Source: Anaerolineae bacterium (GTDB lineage: Bacteria; Chloroflexota; Anaerolineae; UBA1429). Taken from it: 64,000 bases of DNA. Position 1 is the first letter of the stretch. Every line of letters starts with the position of its first letter. Shown piece by piece: positions 1 through 9,897 of this stretch. The notes beneath the pieces are model-generated. The model was not told the origin of the DNA and did no database searches. It saw only the letters and a list, made by a program, of their open reading frames with translations. The translations under genes and the position numbers were made by a program. The stretch is from contig OY776562.1 in the NCBI GenBank assembly GCA_963675785.1, forward strand, positions 288,001 through 352,000, read 5' to 3'.

Positions 1-67
1 TATAGTCAGAGAGCATATCGCCTCCATAGAAAAAGAGGGCGGAGTTCATCCGCCCTCACGGTTGGAC

Positions 68-274
68 CTAGTTTTCTTCGGGGGTTACGGCAGCGTTTAG
101 ATCTGTCAACATGGCGTCGACATCTATGCCGTGGGCCATAGCACCCTGCTCGAGGTTCTCAAAGCGTGCGGCTGCACAGCCAAAGCACATCAGCCCGTGC
201 TTTAAAAAGACCTCGATCGTCTCTGGCCACTGTCGTACGATATCCGAAACCAGCATATCTTTGGTAATAACCAT
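68..274 (-). CDS. DUF1858 / hybrid-cluster-protein-associated redox disulfide domain protein
   Basis: ITKDM..V.DIV..WPET..VF..HGL.CFGC..A..E.LEQGA..HGID pattern with CxxC; RBS AAGGA; TTGCAA-N17-CATAAT promoter at 313-341 (minus); terminator hairpin 35-57. Confidence 0.85.
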   Translation of the reverse strand: MVITKDMLVSDIVRQWPETIEVFLKHGLMCFGCAAARFENLEQGAMAHGIDVDAMLTDLNAAVTPEEN

Positions 275-360
275 AGCTGACTCTTTCCTTTGTAATCATT
301 AACCTATCTGCTATTATGCCTCGTGTTGACGCTCTTTGCAAGAACTGTTGTAATAGGCAC

Positions 361-375
361 TACCGGTATGGGGTA
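361..375. promoter_or_regulatory. CsoR/RcnR-family-like operator TACC-N5-GGGGTA
   Basis: TACCGGTATGGGGTA just downstream of TTGACG-N17-TGTAAT (326-354). Confidence 0.4.
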
Positions 376-428
376 GTCCTAAAATCGAGACGTTTTGAAT
401 CAACTATGGGTAAGAGTATGATGTTCGC

Positions 429-1178
429 ATGAAAAAGAGCACTATATTCGATGATAGAGCAATCACATTAGGGCACCCCAGTTATGTGTGGCGTGAGGGC
501 CAAGAACGCCGGCTGGCCATGATTCGCGAGGTGGTGTCACTAGAAGGCGCGCGCATTCTCGATTTGGGTTGCGGTCTGGGTATGTATGTGCTCAAGTTCC
601 GTGAATTCAGCGATGAGGTGTACGGCGTGGATGTGGACGCGGAACGTGTGCAAGAGGCTTTGCGTACGTTACCCAATATTTATGAATCTACTGCCGAACA
701 ACTCCCTTTTGATTCGAATTTCTTTGATCTCGTGCTCTCCAACGAAGTGTTCGAGCATGTAACCGACGATCGCCAGGCAGTGAGAGAAGCAGTACGCGTG
801 CTGCGCCCTGGAGGGTCGTTGGTGGTGTTTGTTCCCAATAGGGGCTATTTCTTTGAGACACATGGCTTCTATTGGCGAGGCAAGTACCATTTCGGCAATA
901 TTCCCTTGATCAATTATCTGCCTACCAAACTGCGGAACAAGCTTTGCCCTCACGTACGTGCCTACAAGCGAGCCGATCTGCGGGCTCTCTTCGAGGGCCT
1001 TGATGGTGAGATCGTGGTGCATCGCTGCATTTTCGCTGGCTATGACAATATTGTGGCGCGTCACCCCCGGCTTGGGCGGTTCATTCGGTGCTTTTCGTAT
1101 GCCATGGAACCTTCCTTCTTACAGTGGTTGGGGCTGTCCCATTTTCTCGTTTTTCGCAAGAGTGATAAGGCGGAATGA
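429..1178 (+). CDS. class I SAM-dependent methyltransferase
   Basis: ILDLGCGLG motif I, LPFDSNFFDLV, VLRPGG. Confidence 0.9.
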   Translation: MKKSTIFDDRAITLGHPSYVWREGQERRLAMIREVVSLEGARILDLGCGLGMYVLKFREFSDEVYGVDVDAERVQEALRTLPNIYESTAEQLPFDSNFFDLVLSNEVFEHVTDDRQAVREAVRVLRPGGSLVVFVPNRGYFFETHGFYWRGKYHFGNIPLINYLPTKLRNKLCPHVRAYKRADLRALFEGLDGEIVVHRCIFAGYDNIVARHPRLGRFIRCFSYAMEPSFLQWLGLSHFLVFRKSDKAE

Positions 1179-1182
1179 TACA

Positions 1183-3012
1183 GTGATTGTACGTTTTGAA
1201 CCGTCGGGTAAAAGGGCCGAGGCTCGGGCTGGCCAAACCATTTTGGAAGTAGCCCGTGAGGTTGGTGTGGATATCGAGGCTGTTTGCGGTGGACGAGGCA
1301 CCTGTGGCAAGTGCAAGGTGATCGTCGCCGATGGCCTTTCTCCACTTACAGATCAAGAGAAAAAGCTTATCAGCGAAGATGAGATTCGCAGAGGGTATCG
1401 TCTGGCTTGCCAGACGGTAGTGCTCGCGGATACGGATGTGGTTGTGCCCGACGAGTCGACGGTTTCTCGCGTGAGCATTCTTTCAGATGCTAGTGGTGGA
1501 GAGGTCGAACTCGATGCCTGGGTCAAACACTATACAGTGATGGTTCCTGATTCCACCTTGGCTGACCAAACGCCCGACTGGGAGAATGTTCAGGATGTGC
1601 TCTATCGCCAGTATGCCATCAAACCTGGTGTTACCCTGGGCGCCCTGAGAGAACTTCCTTCCGTATTGCGTGAGAATGAGCGGAACCTCGATGTCGTTCT
1701 GGTGGATGATACGGTTGTACGCTTTCGAGCGAGCGATTGCGATATCCCGTTACTGGGCATTGCCTTTGATATCGGTACGACGACGGTGGTGGGCTATCTA
1801 CTGGATTTGGAGCATGGCAACCAGCTAGCCGTGGCTTCTCGACTCAATCCGCAAACGCGCTATGGTGATGATGTCATCTCGCGCATCGGTTATGTAAGCG
1901 CTGCTGCTGATGGGTTGCTTACCTTGCAAAAGACAATTCTTGGGGCGCTCAACGAGATAACGCGAGAATTGCTAGAGCATTCTGGCTATTCTACAAACGA
2001 TGTTTACGCCTCGACTATTGTTTGCAATACAACCATGCATCATCTCCTGCTCGGCTTGGACCCCACCTGGCTGGCTCAGGCACCTTATGTGCCCGTTACC
2101 AGCCAGATGCAAGAGCTTCGGGCGAGCCAATTAGGTTTGGATATTCACCCAATGGGGTTGGTGGTAGTGCTGCCCAATATCGCGGGTTGGGTGGGGGCCG
2201 ACACAGTGGGCGTCATCCTGGCGACGCGGCTTTATGAACAGGATGAACCGGCCTTGGCCATCGACATTGGCACCAACGGCGAGATGGCGCTGGGTACGCG
2301 GGAGCGTGTGGTGACTTGCTCTACAGCAGCAGGCCCGGCCTTTGAGGGCGCCCACCTGAGTTGCGGTATGCGTGCCGCCGATGGGGCCATTGAGGGCGTG
2401 ACCATGGATGACGATGTGGCTCTTCGCGTTATTGGTGGAACGGCGCCTCGCGGCGTCTGCGGTTCAGGGTTGGTTGACCTGGTAGCGGCCATGTTGCAGT
2501 CGGGCGTGCTGACATCTACGGGGCGCTATGCCTCCGCCGAACGTTTGCGGCAGGAGGGCTCGATTCGGTTGGCGGATCGCTTAATTGGTAGTGGGCGCAA
2601 TCTGGAATTCGTGCTGGTTTCTGCAGAGGAAGGAGCCGGAGGGCGTCCAGTGATGATCACTCAACGGGATATTCGCGAACTGCAACTGGCCAAAGGCGCT
2701 ATTCGGGCAGGCATCGAGATCCTCTTGAACGAACTGAATCTGTGCCATGAGGATGTCCGCAAGGTGTATTTGGCCGGCGCTTTTGGTAACTATATCGATC
2801 CTGATTCAGCATTGGCCATTGGGTTGATGCCTCATTTCGAGAATGCCCAGGTGATCCCGGTGGGAAATGCGGCTGGTGCCGGCGCACGTATGGTGCTTCT
2901 TTCGAATGCACTGCGCCAGCGTACGCCCGGACTTGTCAACACATTGGAATACATCGAGCTGTCGGCTGTCAAGACATTTCAGGAACGCTTCGCCGAAGCG
3001 ATGACTTTTTAG
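1183..3012 (+). CDS. ASKHA/DUF4445 ATP-dependent reductive activator of corrinoid proteins (RACo/RamA-like) with N-terminal 2Fe-2S domain
   Basis: CGGRGTCGKC...RLACQ 2Fe-2S; DIGTTT, DIGTNGE, AAGPAFEG, GVCGSG, LAGAFG motifs; start moved to in-frame GTG 1183, just after the upstream stop. Confidence 0.9.
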   Translation: MIVRFEPSGKRAEARAGQTILEVAREVGVDIEAVCGGRGTCGKCKVIVADGLSPLTDQEKKLISEDEIRRGYRLACQTVVLADTDVVVPDESTVSRVSILSDASGGEVELDAWVKHYTVMVPDSTLADQTPDWENVQDVLYRQYAIKPGVTLGALRELPSVLRENERNLDVVLVDDTVVRFRASDCDIPLLGIAFDIGTTTVVGYLLDLEHGNQLAVASRLNPQTRYGDDVISRIGYVSAAADGLLTLQKTILGALNEITRELLEHSGYSTNDVYASTIVCNTTMHHLLLGLDPTWLAQAPYVPVTSQMQELRASQLGLDIHPMGLVVVLPNIAGWVGADTVGVILATRLYEQDEPALAIDIGTNGEMALGTRERVVTCSTAAGPAFEGAHLSCGMRAADGAIEGVTMDDDVALRVIGGTAPRGVCGSGLVDLVAAMLQSGVLTSTGRYASAERLRQEGSIRLADRLIGSGRNLEFVLVSAEEGAGGRPVMITQRDIRELQLAKGAIRAGIEILLNELNLCHEDVRKVYLAGAFGNYIDPDSALAIGLMPHFENAQVIPVGNAAGAGARMVLLSNALRQRTPGLVNTLEYIELSAVKTFQERFAEAMTF

Positions 3013-3033
3013 CAATGTCAAAAGGCCTTTGAC

Positions 3034-4035
3034 ATGCACAAAAGCATTGGCTATACTGACAATGGCGTGTTGAGCAAAGATCATGTGCCGTCTCGTGTGG
3101 TAGCATTGGGCGGGGGACATGGTTTGTCGACACTGCTCAGGGGCTTGAAGGATCGAGTTCCCGATTTAACAGCAATTGTCTCGGTGGCCGATGACGGTGG
3201 CAGTTCGGGATTGCTTCGCCAGGAGCTGGGGCTTCCTCCTCCGGGTGATTTGCGAGATTGCATTGCCGCAATGGCTGAAGCAGAGCCGCTCATGCAGCTC
3301 TTGTTTCAATATCGTTTCGGTCGAGACTCTCATTTAGAAGGGCATTCGTTCGGGAATTTGCTCATTGCCGCGATGAGCGGCATTACGGGCGATTTCGAGA
3401 ATGCCATTGCCGCCGTGAATCAGGTGCTAGCCGTCAAAGGCCGCATCCTGCCATCGAGCCTTGATGATTTGGTACTGTGTGCTGAAAGTGCTGCACCTGA
3501 AGAAGTCAATGGCTCTCGCCTTCTTGAAGGCGAAGCGTGCATCGGCACGAGCGCGGGGCGTATCGAGCGGGTTTACATCAGACCCGAGAGGGCACGTGGA
3601 TATCCCCAGGCGATTCAGGCCATCCTTGCGTCCGATTTGGTGATTCTGGGGCCGGGCAGCCTTTATACGAGTGTTATCCCGAATCTGCTGATTCGGGATA
3701 TTCGCGAGGCGATCATTGCCAGCGGGGTTCCCGTGTTTTACATCTGCAATGTAGCAACGCAGATGGGTGAGACCAGCGGCTACAATGTGGGCGATCATTT
3801 GTGTGCACTTGAAGAGCACACACTGCCGGGTCTGGTCACTCGGGTTCTAGCCAATGGCAATCTTTCGGTTGACCTGACAGGCGACGAGATCACGCGTTTT
3901 GTAGAGCCCGTGACTGGTGAGTATGCAAAGCGCACGTCTTTTTATGATCTCGTTGATGAGCAAATGCCCTGGCGACATGGCGCCCAGAAACTAGCGGAGG
4001 CCGTTTTGATAGAGTATCACGCCCTGATGGGCTGA
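3034..4035 (+). CDS. yvcK: YvcK/CofD-family gluconeogenesis factor (UDP-GlcNAc-binding)
   Basis: [41 protein letters not shown]. Confidence 0.9.
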   Translation: MHKSIGYTDNGVLSKDHVPSRVVALGGGHGLSTLLRGLKDRVPDLTAIVSVADDGGSSGLLRQELGLPPPGDLRDCIAAMAEAEPLMQLLFQYRFGRDSHLEGHSFGNLLIAAMSGITGDFENAIAAVNQVLAVKGRILPSSLDDLVLCAESAAPEEVNGSRLLEGEACIGTSAGRIERVYIRPERARGYPQAIQAILASDLVILGPGSLYTSVIPNLLIRDIREAIIASGVPVFYICNVATQMGETSGYNVGDHLCALEEHTLPGLVTRVLANGNLSVDLTGDEITRFVEPVTGEYAKRTSFYDLVDEQMPWRHGAQKLAEAVLIEYHALMG

Positions 4036-4118
4036 TATCATATGTGCACGGGCTGTATTGTGGAAATGCGGCTAGAGCACGGATGTGGCAGCAACGTTGG
4101 TGTAAAAAGGAGTTCAAA

Positions 4119-5132
4119 ATGACCATTCGTGTAGGTATCAACGGTTTCGGTCGTATCGGCCGTCAGTCTTTCAAGGCTATGGTTAGTCGCTATGGCGACG
4201 AGATTGACGTTGTAGGCGTCAATGACCTGTATCCCCCTTCAACTTTTGATCTGCTCCTTCGCTACGACTCGGTTTATGGCAAGTTTGACGCCGACGTCGA
4301 AGTGATTGATGGCGGCCTCAAAGTCAACGGCAAGACGACCAAGTTCTTTGCCGAGCGCAACCCATCTGACATCCCCTGGGGCGACCTGGATGTAGACGTT
4401 GTGGTCGAATCCACTGGCTTTTTCACCAAGGCCGATGGCGCTCGTGGCCATGTGGCTGGCGGCGCCAAAAAGGTGCTCATCAGCGCCCCGGCTTCTGGTG
4501 AGGATATCACCATTGTGATGGGTGTGAACGAAGAAGATTACGATCCCGCCAAGCACACCATTCTTTCGAACGCTTCTTGTACCACCAACTGCCTTGCTCC
4601 TGCTGCCAAGGTTGTCAACGACAACTGGGGTATCGTTCGCGGTCTCATGACCACCGTGCACTCTTACACCGGTGATCAGCGCATCGTCGACACACCGCAC
4701 AAGGATCCCCGTCGCGCTCGCGCTGGCGCCTTGAACATTATCCCGACCACCACTGGCGCCGCTAAGGCAGTCGCGTTGGTTATTCCTTCGCTCAAGGGCA
4801 AGTTCGATGGTATGGCCATGCGAGTCCCGACACCGACCGTCTCCATTGTCGACTTTGTTGCCGAGCTCGAAAAGCCCGCCAAGATCGAGGAAGTCATCGC
4901 TGCTTTCAAGGCCGCAGAGGCTGGCTCGATGGCCGGGTTCCTTGGCGTTAGCGAAGAGCCCCTCGTTTCCATGGACTTTCGTGGCGACCCCCGCTCTTCC
5001 ATCATTGATGCTGCTTCGTGCATGATGGTTGGCGATAACATGCTCAAGGTTGTTAGCTGGTACGATAATGAGTGGGGCTACTCGAACCGCGTGGCCGATC
5101 TCATCGCCTACATGGGCAACAAGGGCTTCTAA
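4119..5132 (+). CDS. gap: type I glyceraldehyde-3-phosphate dehydrogenase
   Basis: [29 protein letters not shown]; ATG 4119 with AAGGAG RBS; strongly biased codon usage. Confidence 0.97.
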   Translation: MTIRVGINGFGRIGRQSFKAMVSRYGDEIDVVGVNDLYPPSTFDLLLRYDSVYGKFDADVEVIDGGLKVNGKTTKFFAERNPSDIPWGDLDVDVVVESTGFFTKADGARGHVAGGAKKVLISAPASGEDITIVMGVNEEDYDPAKHTILSNASCTTNCLAPAAKVVNDNWGIVRGLMTTVHSYTGDQRIVDTPHKDPRRARAGALNIIPTTTGAAKAVALVIPSLKGKFDGMAMRVPTPTVSIVDFVAELEKPAKIEEVIAAFKAAEAGSMAGFLGVSEEPLVSMDFRGDPRSSIIDAASCMMVGDNMLKVVSWYDNEWGYSNRVADLIAYMGNKGF

Positions 5133-5148
5133 GTCCGGACGTACAATT

Positions 5149-5184
5149 AAGCGGGGAGGATATTCATCCTCCCCGCTTTTTCTT
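5149..5184. terminator. intrinsic terminator between convergent gap and femX
   Basis: GCGGGGAGGAT-ATTC-ATCCTCCCCGC followed by T tract. Confidence 0.85.
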
Positions 5185-6200
5185 TAATGAAGGCGCTTTC
5201 TCAATGAGATGGCCGCCTTGATTAGCTTGTCTACGGCTGGACGATAGATGTATTCATAGGCCCCGGCATAGCGTTCGGTCCATCCACCAAATCCCGCTTT
5301 GAATCTCCCCACGCCGCCCAGGTCGTGTTCCTCCGCATCGATATCCACATCAGGAATACCCCAGAGATCATAGCGCGTACAGCCCTGTTCGTGGGCCCAC
5401 ACCATGGCTTCATATTGCAGCTGGTGATTGGGCATGAGTTCGCGATGTTCATTCAACGAGCCGCCGTACATATAGATGGCTTCCTCTCCAAAGGCGGGTA
5501 CCATAATACCAGCGATGGGCTTTTCTTCCAGGTAGGCCATTATCAGAACGGCTTGGCCTTCGCGCTCAAATTCCTCAAAGGCCTGGGTGTAATAGGCCTG
5601 GCTGTGTATGCCAAATTCGTCACGCTCGCCAGTAACTTGCATGATCTGGTAAAAAGCATCGAGGGCTTCAGCACCCTGCCGCCGCACCTCTACGCCGCGC
5701 TTGGCCGAAAGACGAGTGTTATAGCGCCACTTGGATTTGAAGGAAGCCAAAATCTCTTCGGGCTCATAAGAAACATCAATGACGATAGTGCGGCGAGGCT
5801 GGATCTCTTGTGCGTTGGGGACGAAACCAGCAGCTTCTAACCAATCCCAGGTGGTGCGTTCAGCATCCAGAGTGTTAGGCTCGATCTTGAGGCTGATAGC
5901 GCGCATTTGCCGGGCCGTTGTGTGGAGTGCTTGCAGCAAGAGGGATCGCGTTTCATCAGTTTCCTGCAAAAAGAGAGGGCCTTTGGGGATATAGCCGATG
6001 CTCAAGGGGCCCGCTTTGCGAAAGAGAACTTGGACTCCAGCGACGGGGTGCCCCTCATGATCGACGATGAGCCGCACGGCTTGCCAGCCAAATTGTGATT
6101 TGAGATCACCCCAGCCCCAGCTTTGCAGAAGGTGTGGGCAATGTGCATGGGCAAGAAAACCAGACCACTCGGCAGGGTGGTTGCATACATGAAAGGACAT
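5184..6200 (-). CDS. FemABX-family peptidoglycan bridge aminoacyltransferase (FemX-like)
   Basis: HLLQSWGWG, YIPKGP, KWRYNTR, YMYGGS, YDLWGI, FKAGFGG; start 6200 or 6218. Confidence 0.88.
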   Translation of the reverse strand: MSFHVCNHPAEWSGFLAHAHCPHLLQSWGWGDLKSQFGWQAVRLIVDHEGHPVAGVQVLFRKAGPLSIGYIPKGPLFLQETDETRSLLLQALHTTARQMRAISLKIEPNTLDAERTTWDWLEAAGFVPNAQEIQPRRTIVIDVSYEPEEILASFKSKWRYNTRLSAKRGVEVRRQGAEALDAFYQIMQVTGERDEFGIHSQAYYTQAFEEFEREGQAVLIMAYLEEKPIAGIMVPAFGEEAIYMYGGSLNEHRELMPNHQLQYEAMVWAHEQGCTRYDLWGIPDVDIDAEEHDLGGVGRFKAGFGGWTERYAGAYEYIYRPAVDKLIKAAISLRKRLH

Positions 6201-6229
6201 AAAAGCCCCCGTTGGCAAGATAATAGGAT

Positions 6230-7813
6230 TTAGAGTGGCACGATCAAATTGAACTGAGACCCAGCCCCAACGGTGCTTTCGACCGTGATTGTTCCACCGA
6301 TCAGTTCGGCCATCTCTCTGGCAATAGAAAGCCCCAGGCCGAGGCCACCATGTCGCCTTCGCAACGAATCTTCCACTTGGTAGAAACGATCAAAGATACG
6401 TTCGAGCTGTTCAGGTGCAATGCCAATGCCCGTGTCTACAACAGCGATCGTCAGGTCGCCATGATCCTCTGAGGCGGAGACCGTAATCGTGCCCCGATCC
6501 GGTGTGAATTTGACGGCGTTGGAGAGCAGACTCGCCAGAATGAGGTGCAGAATTTCCTGATCGGTATTGATCTCGATATCGCCTTTTGGGAGTTTGACCT
6601 GCACAAGCTGTTGTTTTTTTTCGGTGAGTAGTTGGATATCCCGAACGGCATCGGCAACGGTGTCGGCGACGCTAAAAATTGTCATCGAGATTTGTGCTTG
6701 TCCGGTATCGATGCGTTGCAGGCTGATCATCTCGTCAATGATAGAGCGGAGTTGCATGGCTGCCTGGGTAACCTGGCCGAGATGTTCGGCTACTTGGCCG
6801 GTAGCTTCATCCTCTAGCAGGGCAGCATAGGCCAGCACTACGGCCAGCGGCGAACGCAATTCGTGGGCGGCGATATTGATGAATTCGCTCTTGAGATGAT
6901 CCAATTCGGCAAGCCGCTCATAGGCATCGCTGATCTCACGAAAGAGGCGGGCGTTTTCGATGGCGATAGCCGCCTGGCTGCCCAGCACTGAGAGCAGCTC
7001 AATATCGCTTTGGTTAAAGGGGGTTGTCTGATTAATACGGGCGACGTTCAATACACCAATGGGCTGATCTTTGAGAACAAGCGGTAGGGAGATAGCTGTA
7101 GAGACCCTGGACGCGCCAAAAGTCAGCTCGGTCCACTCGTCTATTTCAAATTCGCCTTGCAATACTAGGGGTTCTCGTGTCTCCAACGCTCGCCCTGCAT
7201 GTCCTTGGCCGAGCTTGGGGCCCTTGGTGTTCGAGATGTGTTCTGGTAATCCTTCATTGGCAAGAAGATGTAATCGCTCATCTTTGCCAAGCAGCATGAG
7301 CGTAGCGGTTTCGGCGTTCATTTCTTGTTGGGCAATTTGTACCACATGCTGGGGGGCATCTTCGGCTTCGGCAGCGCTCATGAAAACCTGGCTGAGATTC
7401 AAGAGGGGAATGAGCGCGCGCAGGCGAGCCGTTTCGTCCTGGTTGCGTTTGCGCTCCAGGGCGCGATCTACCGCAGCGGCGAGCTCGCGTGGGCGGAAGG
7501 GCTTGAGCACGAATTCATAGACGCCAAGTTGAATCGCCTCAATGGCGGTCTCCAAGGTGCCGTATCCGGTCATCACTACAGCTACAATGCCGGGTTGCAG
7601 CTCGCGGATAGCCTTGTAGGCATCGAGGCCGCTCATACCGGGCATTTTGATGTCAGTAATAAGGACGTCAAAGGGTTGTTGTTCTGCCAATTCCAGTGCT
7701 TCTTGGCCTGAAGACGCCTCGATTGGATCATACCCCGCAACTTGAAGGACGCGCGTACACATGACGCGCAGATCGGTTTGATCTTCGGTTACTAGTATTC
7801 TTGGATTGGGCAT
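6230..7813 (-). CDS. hybrid sensor histidine kinase (REC-GAF-HisKA-HATPase)
   Basis: N-terminal receiver (ITDIKMPG), GAF, AAHELRSPL, NAVKFT, DTGIGI, GLGLGL; no transmembrane segment. Confidence 0.92.
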   Translation of the reverse strand: MPNPRILVTEDQTDLRVMCTRVLQVAGYDPIEASSGQEALELAEQQPFDVLITDIKMPGMSGLDAYKAIRELQPGIVAVVMTGYGTLETAIEAIQLGVYEFVLKPFRPRELAAAVDRALERKRNQDETARLRALIPLLNLSQVFMSAAEAEDAPQHVVQIAQQEMNAETATLMLLGKDERLHLLANEGLPEHISNTKGPKLGQGHAGRALETREPLVLQGEFEIDEWTELTFGASRVSTAISLPLVLKDQPIGVLNVARINQTTPFNQSDIELLSVLGSQAAIAIENARLFREISDAYERLAELDHLKSEFINIAAHELRSPLAVVLAYAALLEDEATGQVAEHLGQVTQAAMQLRSIIDEMISLQRIDTGQAQISMTIFSVADTVADAVRDIQLLTEKKQQLVQVKLPKGDIEINTDQEILHLILASLLSNAVKFTPDRGTITVSASEDHGDLTIAVVDTGIGIAPEQLERIFDRFYQVEDSLRRRHGGLGLGLSIAREMAELIGGTITVESTVGAGSQFNLIVPL

Positions 7814-7857
7814 TTAGTGAACCTCAATACATGCAGCAGCAATAATAGGGTGTGTTT

Positions 7858-8568
7858 TTAACTGGGCTCGTTGCCCGAGACAAGATAGCCGCGCCGCAGG
7901 ATATTCTTGAGATAAATCGGATTACGCGGATCGGGTTCGATTTTATCTCGAACATTCTTGACATGTACGCGCACCAAATCGGGCATACCGGTTCCCGCCG
8001 GATACCCCCAAACTTGCTGCAAGAGCGCGTCTGTAGAATATACTTGATTTGGGTGATTGATCATGAAAAAGATGAGTTCGAACTCGACGGGCGTCAACAA
8101 GACGATACGATCAGGTGTGGCAAGTTCATAAGTCTTGCAGTTCAGTACGAGATTACCAACTTCAATAAGTTCAGACATGGAACCATCGAGCCCGGCACTA
8201 GAGCGGCGTAACAGCGCTTTGACGCGCAATTGCAGCTCGCGCAGCTCAAATGGTTTGGTGACATAATCGTCGGCGCCAGCTTCAAAGCCATCGATTTTGT
8301 CCTCAATGTCGCTCTTGGCCGTCAGAAAAAGGATGGGGATGTCGCGCAAGTCAGGATTGGCGCGCATATGGCGGCATACGTCAATCCCATTCATGCCAGG
8401 CATCATGATGTCCAAAACGACGACATCAGGTTTGCGTTGGCGAGCGATTTCAAGCGCATCGGCACCGCGATTGGCGACAATGATTTCATGCTCCAAACGT
8501 CGTAAGGTACGCGCTATCGTCTCGGCCACGGCCACTTCATCATCGACCACTAGGATCCGCTTTGCCAT
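7858..8568 (-). CDS. OmpR/PhoB-family response regulator
   Basis: ILVVDD, LDIMMPG, GADDYVTKPF, winged helix (LTPVEF...VRVHVKNVRDKIE); ATG 8568 with GGGAG RBS. Confidence 0.92.
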   Translation of the reverse strand: MAKRILVVDDEVAVAETIARTLRRLEHEIIVANRGADALEIARQRKPDVVVLDIMMPGMNGIDVCRHMRANPDLRDIPILFLTAKSDIEDKIDGFEAGADDYVTKPFELRELQLRVKALLRRSSAGLDGSMSELIEVGNLVLNCKTYELATPDRIVLLTPVEFELIFFMINHPNQVYSTDALLQQVWGYPAGTGMPDLVRVHVKNVRDKIEPDPRNPIYLKNILRRGYLVSGNEPS

Positions 8569-8695
8569 GGGTTCACTCCCTGATCCGTCTCCGTTAGCAC
8601 AACTAGTCAGGATTATACCAGCTTGACACGTGCTTAACAACACAAACGTTTGACCTGATCCCTCAGGTGCGATAACATAATGTTGAGGTGGCAAT

Positions 8696-9127
8696 ATGAC
8701 AAACCGTTTCAAGCTCCCTGGCAAGTTACAGCTAGCCGCTACGATATGCGGCACATTTGCTGTGATCTTTGTGGTTTCATTTGCAGAAAAGGCCGTACAA
8801 GCCCGTGAGTTGTTGGCCTGGCGCAGCGAGCTAGAAGACGAGCTTGCTCAGCTCGAGCGGGAAAAAGTGAATTTGCAGACTGAACTTGCTCAGCGACAGC
8901 AGCCCGAGTGGTACGATCAGGTTCTGCGTGACGCTGGCTATGTGAACGACGGCGATGTGCGTGTAGTAGTTACTTTGCAAGAGGCAGATGAGACGGCGGC
9001 AGTGGCGGAAGATTCAGAGACGGTGAATGTTGCTTCTGAAGAGACAGTTACCAGCGGTGGTTGGTTCTCGAACGATAATTGGCAAGCCTGGCAGATGCTT
9101 TTGTGGGGAAACGAAAAGGACTCCTGA
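8696..9127 (+). CDS. septum formation initiator (FtsB/DivIC-like) protein
   Basis: single TM helix followed by coiled coil and R..GYV..GD motif. Confidence 0.6.
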   Translation: MTNRFKLPGKLQLAATICGTFAVIFVVSFAEKAVQARELLAWRSELEDELAQLEREKVNLQTELAQRQQPEWYDQVLRDAGYVNDGDVRVVVTLQEADETAAVAEDSETVNVASEETVTSGGWFSNDNWQAWQMLLWGNEKDS

Positions 9128-9134
9128 CCGCGAT

Positions 9135-9163
9135 TTGACAAACATAGTCTCTGCCAGTATAAT
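9135..9163 (+). promoter_or_regulatory. consensus sigma70 promoter of the tRNA operon
   Basis: TTGACA-N17-TATAAT, 11 nt before the first tRNA. Confidence 0.9.
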
Positions 9164-9174
9164 CTCCTTCACGA

Positions 9175-9246
9175 TGCGGGGTGGAGCAGTGGCAGCTCGT
9201 TGGGCTCATAACCCAAAGGTCCCAGGTTCGAATCCTGGCCCCGCTA
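9175..9246 (+). tRNA. initiator tRNA-fMet (CAT)
   Basis: cloverleaf; anticodon arm TTGGG-CTCATAA-CCCAA with 3 G-C pairs; mismatched 1:72; GGTTCGAATCC; CCA not encoded. Confidence 0.95.
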
Positions 9247-9251
9247 CTTTT

Positions 9252-9323
9252 GGCGACGTAGCTCAGTGGTAGAGCAGGGGACTCATAAGCCCTTGGTCAC
9301 TAGTTCAAATCTAGTCGTCGCCA
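9252..9323 (+). tRNA. tRNA-Met (CAT), probably elongator
   Basis: acceptor GGCGACG/CGTCGCC, anticodon loop CTCATAA, T arm ACTAG-TTCAAAT-CTAGT; CCA not encoded. Confidence 0.9.
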
Positions 9324-9330
9324 CACCCTG

Positions 9331-9363
9331 AGGCCCCTTTCCCGATGAGGAGAGGGCCTTTTT
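9331..9363 (+). terminator. intrinsic terminator of the tRNA operon
   Basis: AGGCCC...GGGCCT hairpin followed by T tract. Confidence 0.75.
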
Positions 9364-9897
9364 CGTTTATAGAACCGAATAGAAACAGCAAAAACGGGCC
9401 TCAACGCAGGTTTCAGAGTGCGTTCGAGACCCGTCTTTTTGTGCGTCAAACACGCCGCGAATAGCTAGGGCGAAAGTGTCCCTTGGTCAGGGCTTGTCTC
9501 CTTTTGTACTTGTGAGAATCAGTTTCATCTTTCTGCAGTATACTGATTATGCGGCAGGTGATTGTATTATTAGTATAATTAATAATACATTAGGAGATAT
9601 ATCTACACTCTTGATAGTGGGCGTCACAGTGTAAGCGATATACAAAAGCTTTCCAAGTGGATGCGGCGCAATTGCTGATTTTGGCCAAGACACCCCTGCA
9701 TTTTCGGGAATGCCATAAACGACTGTGGCACATGTGCTACGGTTATCAAGGGCCCGGAAAGTGCGAATCTGGTGTCAGCCTTGCCTGGGCATGGACGTCG
9801 TAAGTGTGGTAATTGAACACAACGAGAGATCCTGCTGGCATCTACATCAAAGCCCTTTTGCATAGACCGATGTGGGATTGGGAAAAGACGGATAAAA

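Noticed and set aside
958-1182. N-terminal extension of the RACo ORF, and similar extensions at 4044, 8754, 15573, 36399, 42655
   Set aside because: They overlap neighbouring genes or lack an RBS; downstream starts have an RBS and match the family N-termini
9252-9323. Second CAT tRNA as tRNA-Ile2 (lysidine)
   Set aside because: Acceptor stem GGCGACG resembles elongator Met; Ile2 not fully excluded without a covariance model
9480-9489. 10-bp match to tRNA-Met as a definite attR
   Set aside because: Too short, does not include the tRNA 3' end, and no integrase is present; kept only as a weak hint
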